Positions 24,442 through 37,718 of a stretch of 64,000 bases of DNA are shown here, one piece after another (positions within the stretch are counted from its first letter, which is position 1; every line of letters begins with the position of its first letter). The translations under genes were made by a program, and so were the position numbers. A model generated the notes under the pieces. The model saw only the letters and a program-made list of their open reading frames with translations, had not been told where the DNA came from and did not search any database. Origin of the DNA: Paragordius varius (lineage: Eukaryota; Animalia; Nematomorpha); assembly GCA_964247055.1 (NCBI GenBank), contig OZ176057.1, forward strand, positions 2,852,001 to 2,916,000. The letters are read 5' to 3'.

Positions 24442-27400
24442 GGCCAGTTTTCTAATGATCTGTAAAATCATTAGTTGTACACAAGGGCATGTGATACGTA
24501 AAAAATTGCCTCAATAAACCATGAAGTATAATAATATGAATATGAAAGAACACTAAAACCTTATCAACATCTCAAATAACAATAATAATTCAACTTATAA
24601 TAATTATTTTGATAATATTTCCCATTTACACTTTTATACACTATATTTTTTGATATATACTTTGAATAAAAATTACCAAAATAATTATGAAAATAAATAA
24701 TACCGTTAGTAATAATAATAAAACAGTTCTGAAATTTGCCACATGAAATGTGGGTACCCTAGTTAACAAAATATTAATGATAACAAACACTCTTAGCCAT
24801 AACAATATAGATATATGTTGCATCCAAGAGGCCAGAATGAAAGGAGAGGGATTGAAAAACTTAGACAATTATACATTATTCCATAAAGGAAATGACAAGG
24901 GACAAAGTGGTGTTGCGATTTTCATTAAAAACATCTATCGTGATAATATAATTGATGTAATAAGACATAATCCAAGAATGATTCAAATAAAAATATTGAT
25001 GAATGATAATGTAATAAATATAGTTTCAACTTGCGCACCACAATCTGATCTAAGTGAAACATCAAAAAACGAATATTGGGAAGCCCTCTATGATTTGATG
25101 AACAAAACTTCTTCTAGCGAACAAACTTTTGTTGGTGGTGATTTTAATTGCCATATAAATAATGATAGTAATGAATACCATGGCGTGCATGGTGGAAATG
25201 GCGTTCGAGCCCTCGATAAGATGGGCGAGAGTTTGCTAGACTTTTGCATTGCAAATCAACTCATAGTCGCAAATACCCATTTTAAGAAAAAAACCAACAG
25301 CATATAACATATAATTCCGGTGACCACTCATCTATGATAGACTTCATATTAATTCCAAAAAACATTAGGAAACATCTAACAAACATCAAAACTTACTATC
25401 ACTCCTCTTACCAACACAAGCTAATAACAGCATTTCTAATCATTGAGAAAATCCGAAGACCGCATTCCAACATCAAAAAATAAATATAGCAAAGTTAAAG
25501 GATTCAAAATTATTAACCGATTATACCAAAAACACAGAGTTACATCCCGAACGAAACAATGTTGAAACTCTATGGAAAAATTTTAAAAGCACAATTCTAA
25601 CAGCTGCCAAAAAACATTGTGGTTTTACTAAACCAATGAGGCAACGGAAAAGCTGGTGGTGGAAAAATGAAATAAAACCATTGTTGCGTGAAAAAGGCGA
25701 AGCATATAAAAAATGGAAAAGTTCCAAAAATAATGATAATAAAAAAGTTTATAATGATAAAAAACGAGAGGTCCAAAAGGCCATTCGACGCGCTATGAAT
25801 CCGTTAAAATCGCTGAAAGTTTAGAAAAAGACTTTAAAAACCAAACGATTTTTAAAAGACTCAAAAACCTTAACAATAGTAATAAAGATGTTAAAACCAT
25901 AAAATGTATTAAAGATAATAATGATAATATAATAACGAATCCCTCGAAAGTCAAAGAAATTTGGAAAACGAACTTAGAAAAACAACTCAACCAAGTAAAC
26001 CCGACCAAACACCAGTAGCTGGTCCCATACAAGATATCACCATAGATGAAGTCACAACTGCAATCAATATTTTAGTAACAAAGCTCCTGGCCCAAGCAGC
26101 CTTTCAGTCGACCTCATTCGACCCATCAAAAACACTGCAGAGTATCTAACAAAACTCTTTAACCAAATAATAATTACAAACCAAACTCCCAGCGATTGGA
26201 AGAACAGCATAATAATCCCCATTTATAAAAATAAAGGCGATCGACTAAAAACATCGTCCTACCGACCTTTAAAACTTCTGGAACACACACTGAAAATATT
26301 CGAAAATATATTGGAAAACAGGCTGAGAAAACATATAAACATAGATTCGAATCAGTTTGCATTCCGTCCAAACAGTAGCACAATAGATCCCTTGTTTATC
26401 CTAAGACGCTTACAAGAAAAATATCTGGAAAAGAAACAAAAGCTATACCATGTCTTTGTAGATCTGGAACGTGCCTTTGACCAACCACGCACCACAATTC
26501 AATGGGCACTACGTAAAAAGGGAATAGAAGAACATACTATACAAATCTTATTATTACTCTATAAAAATACAAAAACCAAGGTTAGAACCAATATCGGCAA
26601 TATAAGCAATTTCCCAACCAATGCTGGACTACATCAGGGTTCAGTTCTAAGTCCACTCCTTCTTATAACTATAATGGATGCGGCAACGCAAGACATAAGA
26701 ACTGAATGCCCTTGGGAAATGTTATTCGCCAACGACCTCGTGATAACGACACGATCATGGGATCAAATGGTAAATACATATACCAAGTGGAAGAAATGCC
26801 TTGAACAATATGGAATGATTATAAACGCCACAAAAACAAAAATAATGATAACGGGTGAAAGTGAAACACCCAGATACCCCTGTTCCATTTGCAGTAAGGA
26901 AGTACGTTCAAATTCCATTAAATGCATATCATGTCAAATGTGGGTACACAAAAAGTGCTCTAAAATAAAAGGAAAGTTAACAAACGTAATATAAATGTTT
27001 AAATTGCTTAGCCCAAGCAATAATAATTTTAATCGACCAAAGCTACTTAACATTGATGGACATGACATCGAATTGGTTGACTCTTTCGTATACCTAGGAG
27101 ACGTCATTACATCTCAGGGAGGCCCACAAAAGGCTATCAAAAGAAAAATACAACAAGGTTGGATAAAATATAATCAGTTAAAATATGTTTTCCAAAACAA
27201 AAATGTTAACAATCGTAATAAATGGTATATTACAAGGTAGGAATAAGACCTGCTCTTACCTATGGTTCTGAAACCTAGGCATTAAACAAAATAAATCAAA
27301 CAAAACTCCTAACCAGTGAGAACCGAATACTCAAAAGCTGCTTTCGCACACCAGAATTACCAATTTTCATTAAATAAACCGATAAAATTGATTATATAAT

Positions 27401-27657
27401 TCAAACTAACAGATTGCGTCTATACGGTCATACTCAGAGAAGAGACGCCACCCATCCGTTAAAAACTGTTGAAAACATTAATGTTGATGGCAATAGAAGA
27501 AAGGGACGACCACTCTTTTCCTATAATGATAATATAAAAATGGACTTAAATCAACGTAGCCTTTCCACAGAACAATGTAAAGATCGTAACTTATGGAGGA
27601 AACTACTTTGTGGATACAAAACTCCGAATATGGAGTCCTAAAATTATCCATCCATCC
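24389..27657 (+). mobile_element. Near-full-length decayed RTE-clade LINE (APE endonuclease + RT, PHD-like Cys/His insert, (TCCA)n tail)
   Basis: KFAT*NVGTL, CIQEAR, GGDFN, YRPLKLL, GLHQGSVLSP, MLFANDL (ADD decayed), FVYLG, LYGH, GRP. Stops and frameshifts throughout. Confidence 0.92.
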
Positions 27658-28579
27658 AAAATTTAAAAATAGTTTTTAGAAAAAAATATATTTTTACGTT
27701 TTGCGTATAATTTCATTTACTGTATTTGGGAAAAATTAAGGTTTAAAAAAGTATGGTTGTCTTTAAAAAATTAATTGTCTTCCGATTTTTTACGTTTTGT
27801 CCGTATATGAAATTAATTTTTACTGTATATACCAAGATGGCATTCCAAATACACATTGGAAGATATTCTTTGATCACAAAATATTAAATTATCAATTTTA
27901 ATCAAGAAAATAGTAGGGAAACGAAAGCAATTTTAAAATATTTTCTATAGTTAATGCTCTGTCTTAATTAATTGTCAATTTAATTTTACATATCTTTTAA
28001 ACTAACTTTTTATACGCGTCAACTTAATAATTTTTTAAACTCTTGACTCTTTAATACTCCATCCAATATAATGCTTGTGCAAAAATTTTTTAATTTTAAT
28101 GTCACAGTATGAATTTACCTAGCTTAGTATACTACTATGTCCTCTTCATAATAATACGGTTCACAGCTTTTACAGTAAAAATTGAAATCATACGAAGTAA
28201 AACGTAAAATAATATAGACAAATATATTTTCAAAAGACATCCTCCACACTTTTTTAAACCTTACTTTCAAAGAAATTACATAAGTAAAATTGTAAAATAA
28301 AAAATTGATTGTTTTACCAATACATTTTAAATTAATTCTTTACAGATTAAAACAATGAAAAAAAAATCAAGATTAAAAAAGTATGGTTGTCTTTTAGAAA
28401 AATATTTGTCTTTATTTTATACGTTTTGTCCGTATTATATTTGTTTTTTGTACTTTTATAAATTGAGCCCGTTTCTTAAAAATTTTTACTTTTTACTAAA
28501 GCTATATATAATTATTCCTTACTGTAATTCATTCAATATAAAAATTTAAAATTTTAATTCTTTATTTTATATATAACAG

Positions 28580-28618
28580 AGTTACTACTACTTAGCCGTT
28601 CACATTCTGGAATAGGAG
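28580..28618 (+). CDS. Gene 1 exon (39 nt): (E)LLLLSRSHSGIG
   Basis: tatataacag|AGTTA...ATAGGAG|gtatat. Symmetric phase 1. Confidence 0.8.
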
Positions 28619-31061
28619 GTATATACTACATATTGTAAAAAAATTATTTTTTGATCAACATATGTAATTGGTAAATTTTTGCTAAATTTAAAAAAAACCT
28701 ATGGTTAAAACAATAGAATTAATTAATTATTTAAACGTATTTAAATCAAGGTAATTTCCAAATTTAATTAATATTTTAAGGTCAAAATTTATATTTATTT
28801 TTTTTAAATAAACATTCAGATCCGAAAAACTTGAAATGTTGCATTTATAAAAAATGCGCTAAATGAGTCGATTTTAAGCAGGCATTAGGAAATTACAAAA
28901 TCTTATAATATTTTTATAAAAAATGGCTTTTTGGGACCTATTGCTGTTAATATTAGATATATAAAATAAAATAAAAACAGTTTTTTTCAAATATCTTTAA
29001 GTTTGTACTAGCTAGAAAGTTACACTGTGTCCAAAAAAGAGGGTTAATTTTTTTTAAATTTTACAGTGCTTATGATCAGAGAATTTATTTGCCGAAATTT
29101 ATTTGTTGAGGACCTAGATTTTGAGATATTGACAGATAATCGAAATCGAGCAAAAATTGAAAATTAAATATAATTAAAGATAATTCAAAAATAATGATAA
29201 AATTTGAAATATTATGATATTATCATTATATAAGATATTTCCAAAATATTAATGCCTAAAATCATATTGTTAGGCTTTCTATAAAATCTCAGATCAAAAG
29301 AGGGTTTTCTTTAACACACTTAAAAGATATTTTTTATGAAACTATAATAAAATAATTATTTATTATTTACTAGTTAAACTCAATTAAATTCATATTTTGA
29401 GTAAAATATTTATATTAAAATAAAAAAAATATTGTTTTTTTATTTTTATATTATTTATCATCTGGTTTATGAGTGTAAAAAAATTTTTACTCTTTTATTT
29501 TGGAATCTTACATGTATGGGTGTTAAAAAATATATAATTTATGCAGAATAAAATTTATTTTCAACCAATCCGTAAATCCCTGTAAGGTTTTTTTGAACAC
29601 AAATTAATTTTACTGGAATATGTAGTGATATTTGGTTTTCCACTACTTTAAAATACTATTTGCATGAATTATATTTATAACCCCGATTCATGTAAGATTC
29701 CAAATAAAACAGTATAAATTATTTATACACTCATAAATCAGATGACAAAATATTGAAAAATAAAAAACAATATTTTTTAATTTTATTTTGATATATAACT
29801 TTTTTACTGTATAAAATATGAATGCTATGATTTTAATAATGAATTTAGCGAGTAAATAATAAAAAAATTAAGTTTTTTTATGTCTTATAAGACATTTAAA
29901 AGAAAAAAGCCATCTTTTAGCTGAGATTTATAAAAACCCTAGCAATATGATTAAGCTATTTATATATAGGAAATATCTCATATAATAATAATATAAATAT
30001 TATCTTATTTTTCAATTTTCTCTCAATATTTTAAAACAAGATCGTAAACAAATAAATATTTTTACTGCAAATGAATACGCTTGTCATAAGCTATCTCATG
30101 ATTTTGTTAAATTGCTTGCACACAGTGTTATATATAATAATTATTTAATATGCTTAACACTTCAGAGCTCTACTTTTTTGTCCTGGTTTATCTTTCTGGG
30201 GTAGTTTTATATTTCAGATCAATTTTGTAAATAAACTAATGTTTTGAAAGATATTGTATTTAATCAAACATTTTTCCTATGTTTTAAAAGCATATCTATT
30301 TTACAGTTTTGTTTAGAACTTAAATTGCGATAGCTCCAAAACAGAATTGCAACAAACAGCTTATATAAAAATAAAAATATATAAAGTTTTTGCTGACAAA
30401 TGTAGCATTAAAGCTTTTTATTATTAGTTATACACATTTTCTAATCATAAAACATTTATTGCCTGTTGCATTGGCAAAAAAATTATAAAAAAAGACGGCA
30501 AAAAAGTTTGAGATGAGGTTTTTTACAATTTTTAAAAAAAAAAATTGTAAAACGCGCCTTAAAGGCTACAGAAGCATTTTATTTAAATTAGGCAGTACCT
30601 TTTTAAATTTTAGATTTGATATAGCCTTAGTATATAAAACTACCCCACAAGGTAATAGAGCGTTAATAATATAAACACATGCAGTTTGATTATTTTAGTT
30701 TTTAATCATAACAGATTTAGTTAGTTATATAAATTTTACAATATGACTTTTAAAGATTACACATTGATTTATAAATGTTGAAGCTTATATAAACCAGGTT
30801 AATTTATTGATTTTAAATTTTAATTAATTAATTTGAATTTAAAAAAATTATATAATAAACAGTATACGAAAACGCCTGACTTCATATATCAATTTCTTAG
30901 TTTATTTTTACTTCATAATCAATTTCTCAATTTATTTTTCTTAAATAATGCAACATGTGTCCCCTAAATTTTTATTTTGCTTTTATGACGTTGGATCCTA
31001 TTGGATGCTCGAATTATCCAAAAAAGTTAATCATCTAAAATCAGTACCATATAATTATTAG

Positions 31062-31127
31062 GTTTGAATCCTTTTAATGGTATGCTTGGAGGCGGTAGCG
31101 GTTCAAGCAATTCAAATTTGGATTTCG
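31062..31127 (+). CDS. Gene 1 exon (66 nt): (G)LNPFNGMLGGGSGSSNSNLDF
   Basis: aattattag|GTTTG...GATTTCG|gtatgt. Gly/Ser-rich, similar to 33652-33711. Confidence 0.85.
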
Positions 31128-31354
31128 GTATGTGATCAAAAAAATTAAATAAATTATAAATGGTTACGAAAAAAGTTTGTAGCGAGAGGTATGCTTGAAA
31201 ATAGAAATGATAAAATAATTTAATCCATTTTACGGGAAAACAAATTTGACATATTATTTCTTTTTTATATTGCACGCATTTTGCCGTAAAATATTATTTA
31301 TATATTGGTTTTATTCTCTAACTCTATATATATATTTTTTTTGTTATCTTGTAG

Positions 31355-31369
31355 TGGCCAGATTTTTGG
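31355..31369 (+). CDS. Gene 1 microexon (15 nt): (V)ARFL
   Basis: ttgttatcttgtag|TGGCCAGATTTTTGG|gtaatt. Ends like exon 23207 (TTG G|gtaatt). Confidence 0.75.
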
Positions 31370-33651
31370 GTAATTTGTTTTTTATACATTATTATTATTA
31401 GATTACACTACACCTTGTCATACATAGAGCTGCGCTAAAAATAAAATAGCATACTAAAACATTCCTGTAACACAGGGGTTCCCAATACAAATGGGTCGCG
31501 GGACGCATTTGAAACATTTATGGGCATTCATATATAATTTCTTAGATTTCAAACATAAAACTGCAAAATAAAAACGGAACTATTTCTTGTTCTCTATTGG
31601 AGAGACTTATTTAGAAAAATAAAAATTACCAATATCACTAAGATTTCATAACCACATCTTTGTATTATGGATGCCAAATTTTTGGCGGGCCGCGTGTTGC
31701 ACTTCTGCTGTACTCCTTGTATTATGTTTAATATAAAATATGAAAATTTTGCTAGATATTAATCCGAGAAAGCTAAGAAGTTAAAATGCAAAAATTGTAT
31801 ATTTTACATATTTTCATAATTGTGAGATATGTTACCTAACTAAATTAGCAAAAACTTGAATTTCACATAAATGTTATATACACATTGCACTATGTTAATG
31901 AATTATATATTTGGTAAATGTATCAAAATTCTTATGGTACATTTGGTTTTAAGCCTTTACAAAAATATTCACATTTTTGTACTCAAACATCGTAAAATTT
32001 GTTTAATTTCTGTGCTAAAAACAATTTTTGGTGAAAGCCAAATGCATTCCAAAATATTATTAATCTTTCATTATAAGCTATAAAAAAAGAAAATATTTTT
32101 ATTAAATAGTTATTTTTACTGCTCACAAACCTCAAATTTATCCGCCACCAAATATATTAGTTTTTTAATAATTAATCCCAAAAACCGAGAATACGCGATA
32201 ATTTTTAATACATGATAAATTATAGCATCAATTAAAGCATACTCTATTTTAATTTTTAATGTTTGTTGGAGCTATCATCCTTTTTAAAGCATCAGCGCTT
32301 AAAAGCATTATAAGTTAATAAAATATTTTTATATCTGCAATGAATATATCTATCACCGATTTTTTAAAATGCAAAAGGAAATAAAAACATAAGATATATT
32401 TATTTAATGATAGAAATGTTGAAGTCTATTGAGTTATGCCTAAGTATTTACTAAACGTGTTTTTCTACCGGTTTTCTCATTTTTCGAAATAGCTTAAGCA
32501 GGCTTTAACGAAATCATTTAAATTTTTAAACTAAGTGTGCTTTTTTAAAAAAATAAATTTGGTACTATAAAACAGGGATGTCCAAAACCCTTTTTGGTAT
32601 CCCAAAAGTGGTAAAAAAATATTTGATTTTAATATTTACAGTTATTTTATAGATATATCGCCAAAAATTGGCCTAAAATTAAAAAAAACCAAAAATATTA
32701 AAGTAAACCGGCAAAATTGTTGTATGGGACACCTCTGCTTTAAAATATCATTCACTATAGATTTCGCTAAATATAGGATATTTGCGTTTATTTTAAGAGA
32801 AATATCCGGTTCTGGAGTGAGGCAAAATTTTAATTTCGGAGCCCTAATAAAAAAAATTTAGAATTTTTTTTTACCTTTTAAATACAGTATAACATATGTT
32901 TTATTTTTTTGGAATGGATTTGTTGCCACAAAATATTAAGCTTAATAAACGCAATTCTATTTTACGACTTCGGGTAATACCACATAAAAAATATAACATC
33001 CTTTAGTAAGCCCCGTAATTATAGATATCCATCAAACATATATTAGATGAATGATTAGGATTATATAAATACTCGCTTTTCCAATCTAAAATAGCTAGCA
33101 AGAAATTAGTATCAAAATTTTAAGAGCTTGTGATAAAGTAAAGTGTAATGCGTAAATGATAAATTTTGTTTTACAAATAAATTTCCATCAAATTTTGTAA
33201 AATAACATTTATTAGATTGGTTAAAATATTTTTACGCTCTGTTTAAAATTTGTTTAATTCAAACATTTTTTATTAATTAAGCTGATAATAGATCTTAATT
33301 ATTAACAATTATGTTTATAGGACACAGAATAAACATAATGTTCTTAGATGGGCAGTGGTTATATTCATATCTAAAATTTCTTGCGGTTAGCCCTGACTTT
33401 AAATGCCTATAAATTATACTTTATAAGTTATTTACCATTTAATCATACCAAAGAACATTAATCATAAACATTTTTAGTTTGGTTTTGCTATATACAATGC
33501 GACCCTAAAATTTACAAAAGATTATGAAAGTTGGTAACTTTTATAAAATAAGAAATGTTGAATATTATATTATTAAATCTAAATTTAAAAACTTTAAAAA
33601 TATTGAAATATATGCAAAAAATAATTATATTATATCGTTATTTAATTATAG

Positions 33652-33711
33652 GTTTAATGCGTAGCTTTGGTGTTGGCGGCAGTTCAAGCAGTTTTAATCA
33701 TGATTTGAACG
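33652..33711 (+). CDS. Gene 1 exon (60 nt): (G)LMRSFGVGGSSSSFNHDLN
   Basis: ttaattatag|GTTTA...TTGAACG|gtatat. Symmetric phase 1. Confidence 0.85.
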
Positions 33712-33809
33712 GTATATAATTTTACAAATAAAATTTTTAAGGGGCTTTTTAGATTTAATGGCAAAATAATTATAGTATAGATTAAATAATCATTGTTAAA
33801 TTTTGATAG

Positions 33810-33880
33810 ACAACATATTTTTGTCACCGAGTTTTATGCATTTTCTAGTATTAACTATTTTGACAGTAAATCAAATCTAA
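33810..33880 (+). CDS. Gene 1 putative terminal exon: (D)NIFLSPSFMHFLVLTILTVNQI-stop, GPI-signal-like tail
   Basis: ttttgatag| acceptor after a 98-nt intron. Open to TAA at 33878-33880; hydrophobic run FMHFLVLTILTV. Confidence 0.65.
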
Positions 33881-36738
33881 TGTAATTACAATTCTACAAT
33901 AACTTTTTATTTTCATGATTACGCCCTCTTTCTATCATAATTATTCTAAAAAATGGTTTTATTTAAAAGCCTACAACGAATGCCCTTTTAAAATATCCCG
34001 AAAGAGTAATTAAAACTCTATAAAATGTTGCTATCTTTCATATCGCTATTTACAGTCATGTAGACTTTATTTTATCAAAAATTTACTTTTTTTTCGATAA
34101 ATGGGTATTAATATTTGGTAATGAATATGAAAACAAAATGGTATTACCATATCATATTCTTTAAAATAGTAAAAGAAGTGTGGGGGAAGGGCGTCGGAAA
34201 TCTTTGGTAAAAAATGATACACTAACTACCAACCCTTCACTTAAAATTATTGTAAAGGGTTAGGAAAATCGTAATTTTTATCTCAATTATAATTTTTTTT
34301 GTTTTGATATGGGAACGATTTATAAGATGCTATATTAAATAATCATAAAATTAAATTCTTTAAAAAATATATCAAAACCATTGTAATTTCCACTTATATA
34401 ACAATAATAAACAGAATTATATAAAATAATTTATTCAAAAATACTTATTACTTATTTTAAGCTACGAAAGGTAAAAATTTAATCAACGTGACATGTGTGC
34501 AATGGTAAAATTGTAAAAATAATACAAATAAATCGCTTTATCTATTTCTATCAATGTAAGATGTAATTTAAATAAAAAATTAGCTTTAATTTTGCCCTTA
34601 ACATTAAGTAAAGACGACATTTTGCAAATATTTTGTAAAATAAAAATGGCGTCGAAGTTGTTTGACCTGTAACTTGTTTTTCAAAACAAAATTTTATTTA
34701 GATATTTTGGCATATTTATATAACTTTTATTAGGAAAGAAGCATAAATTTAAATTGGGACCGTTTCTTTCACTATTTTATTAATATTAACTCAAATTTAG
34801 TCTGGGGTATATTTGGATACCCCAATTTGAATCTAGGTGTTAAATAAAAAATTTATCAAAAAAAATTAATAAATAAAATTTTGTTATAAATAAAATATTA
34901 CCATTCCCATTTAACAACATTTTAAGATTTTCATTTTTTACCAAAGATTTCCGACGCCCTTCACCCCACACTTCTTTTACTTTTTTAAAGAATATGATAT
35001 GGTAATACCATATATCTTGTTTTTATATTCTTTACCAAATATTAATACTCATTTAACGAAAAAAAGTAATTTTTTGATAAAATAAAGTCTACATAATATA
35101 GATGTTGGTTACTTCTGTGTGCAGATGGCAATGAAGAAAGATAACACAATTTTTTTTTATTAAAACACTTATTAATTGCTTTGATGGCATTCAAAACCTC
35201 CATTTTTTTTGATAAAATTACCATCGCATTTTTAATTCTTTGAACAAGGCTTAAAGACTATCCCTGAAGTTTTAGTATTCTTGATCTATAATATTATAGA
35301 AATAAATATGCATTTATATCTATTCATTTTATATCTATTAGTTAAGGTATAGTAATTTTAAGAATAATAATAAAACCAAAACAAAAGCTTTTTCAAAATA
35401 TTTTTAAATTTTAAATGTAACCCTATAAATTATATTAAAATACATTTTTATGAGATTTAACTATATAGCAAAACTTTTAATTCTATAAATAAAAAGGTAT
35501 AATATAAAATTAGGCCAAATATTTCGATGAACTTAAATAAAAAAATTTTTAGTTAGACCATTTTTTTTTCAGATATAGTATTTATGTAATAAAACAAAAT
35601 TAAAATTAAAAATGGCACTTGAAGGAGTTAAAATTTGTCTTGAGTTATTATACTATATTTGTATATATATTCATATCTTTTGTCCATTTATATTTCTTAT
35701 GTTTTCTTATAGTTATCCGAATGTTGATAGGTAATTTTTTTTATACATTTTCTATATATTTTATTTAATCGTTGCTCTACATAAGGCTGTATGATTTTGT
35801 AAATTATTTTTGAAATCGTATCAAATATCATATTACAGTATGAAGTATACATTATTAGAAAGTCATTTATTATTGCCAAATAGCATATACAACAAAGGGC
35901 AGTATTATTGACTAACTTAAAAATGAAAAAATTAACTATAGCCAATAATATTGCTCTTTGTTTTTTATATTATTTGGCAATTAATAACTTTCTACCAATT
36001 TATACCAAATCATACTTTATATCTTGTCGAGTATGTTGCCCACATGTTTTACGAGTTCTATGTTTCATTTTAATTTCATCCTTCTTAGGAGTACCCATCA
36101 TATAAGTTTTTTTTTCTTAACACAAAGTTCAATATTTAGTATTTATGCAATAATATCTGTTAAATCAAACCACGAATTTTTTTCTGTATGCCTAGTTCCG
36201 ATTCATATATATACATTAAAGATTAACGAGTTTATGTCCCACCTTTATTGATATATCTTGGTTACAGAAATTCCTGGCTCATAGATAAAAATACCTTGTT
36301 TAGATTACGTTTTCCTTTTAATCGTTACCTAACATGGGCTCATTACTAATTTGGCAATTTGTTAATTCGTCTTCATTACTATAAAATAATTCCAATTTTA
36401 CATAATTCTTACAAACATTATTATTTGAAAATTTATTTTATTTGGGATTGTGTGATTGCGAATCTCGTCTCTCTCTCTCTCTCTATTTGTTATGTCTAAT
36501 TCCTCCTAAATATCCGAGTTCACAAAAAATCTAATTTTCTTTTTATAACTCAATGATCATTTCTAAAATAATTGCAAAGTTTAAAGCACACATTTATTTA
36601 ACATGCTTCTTATATTTTTATAAATATAATCAAAATTTTTCTGATCTCTTTTTACATAATACGGACCAGCATCCTAAATTTTGGTTCAACTGCTCTCTAA
36701 ATGTAAAATTCATAGGCTTTAATACTGGTACTATACGA

Positions 36739-36810
36739 ATGAATGTTCGTAACTGTGTTTTAATTCTTGTATTACTTCATTCCCTAACTTTCATAAAAGC
36801 AGAATATGTG
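36739..36810 (+). CDS. Gene 2 exon 1: signal-peptide-like MNVRNCVLILVLLHSLTFIKAEYV, phase-0 donor
   Basis: Basic n-region, hydrophobic core, small-residue cleavage region, then |gtaaac. Confidence 0.6.
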
Positions 36811-37016
36811 GTAAACTTTATTTTATATTATAAAACACTAACTATTAATGACAAAATATATTAATTTATCCTAAACAGTGATAATTAAACGTCTTTTTCT
36901 ATGCTTTATAAGTTAAAAGCTAACTAACCTTATTTTGTGCAATTAATTGTTAAATAATAAATATGACTGTAACGAAAGGCTCCCACCATATATCATTCTA
37001 ATCATCTCAATTATAG

Positions 37017-37160
37017 AAATGTGTTAATGATCATTATTTTCTTGAAATTCTTTATGGACTCGGTCAAATTCTAACAAAACTGATTTCTATATCCTTGCCA
37101 AATTTCAATGTGTGGCATATCATTGGGGAACCTACAAACCGTTGTGATAACTTTTCCTAA
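37017..37160 (+). CDS. Gene 2 candidate exon 2: KCVNDHYFLEILYGLGQILTKLISISLPNFNVWHIIGEPTNRCDNFS-stop (or shorter, ending at phase-1 donors 37062 or 37143)
   Basis: ctaat branch-like motif and ttatag acceptor. Phase 0 matches exon 1; 47 open codons in AT-rich DNA. Confidence 0.5.
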   Translation, partial: KCVNDHYFLEILYGLGQILTKLISISLPNFNVWHIIGEPTNRCDNFS

Positions 37161-37600
37161 TTATATAATTTCTAACAAAAAAATTGACGCCTTATTTCAT
37201 TCATTGATTAGTTCTAATCAATCTTTCTAATGTTGTCCCATTTATACTATCTTATAAGGGTCAAGCATTAGTCTTGCATCTTATAGTTTTTATACAATAA
37301 GTAATTTTAAATTGTGTTCGAAAAATTTCCTTAATCAAATAATAAGTAATGATGATGTATATATTTGCAAAATATACTAAGTTCAAAAAATTTAAGGGCC
37401 GTAACTTTTTTAAATCGGATGGGCTTTATTAGGCATATTAATATCCAAATAATATTGGTTAGATAACATCAATTTTATGATATTTATTTAAAAATATTGT
37501 TAATATAAATTTGACCTCAAATACGAATCTTTAAAAGTGGTTCCGAATGTTTATGATTATATTTATTTATATTTTTTCTGTATCTCAATCAAAACTTTAG

Positions 37601-37609
37601 GTTTAGTGG
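37601..37609 (+). CDS. Candidate 9-nt microexon (G)LV
   Basis: Pyrimidine tract ...aaactttag|GTTTAGTGG|gtatgt. Consensus donor, symmetric. Confidence 0.4.
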
Positions 37610-37648
37610 GTATGTTTTATTATAAACATAATTATGTACAAATAATTT

Positions 37649-37718
<70 letters not shown>

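Noticed and set aside
31402-31416. 15-nt ag/gt unit DYTTP
   Set aside because: The upstream intron would be only 32 nt.
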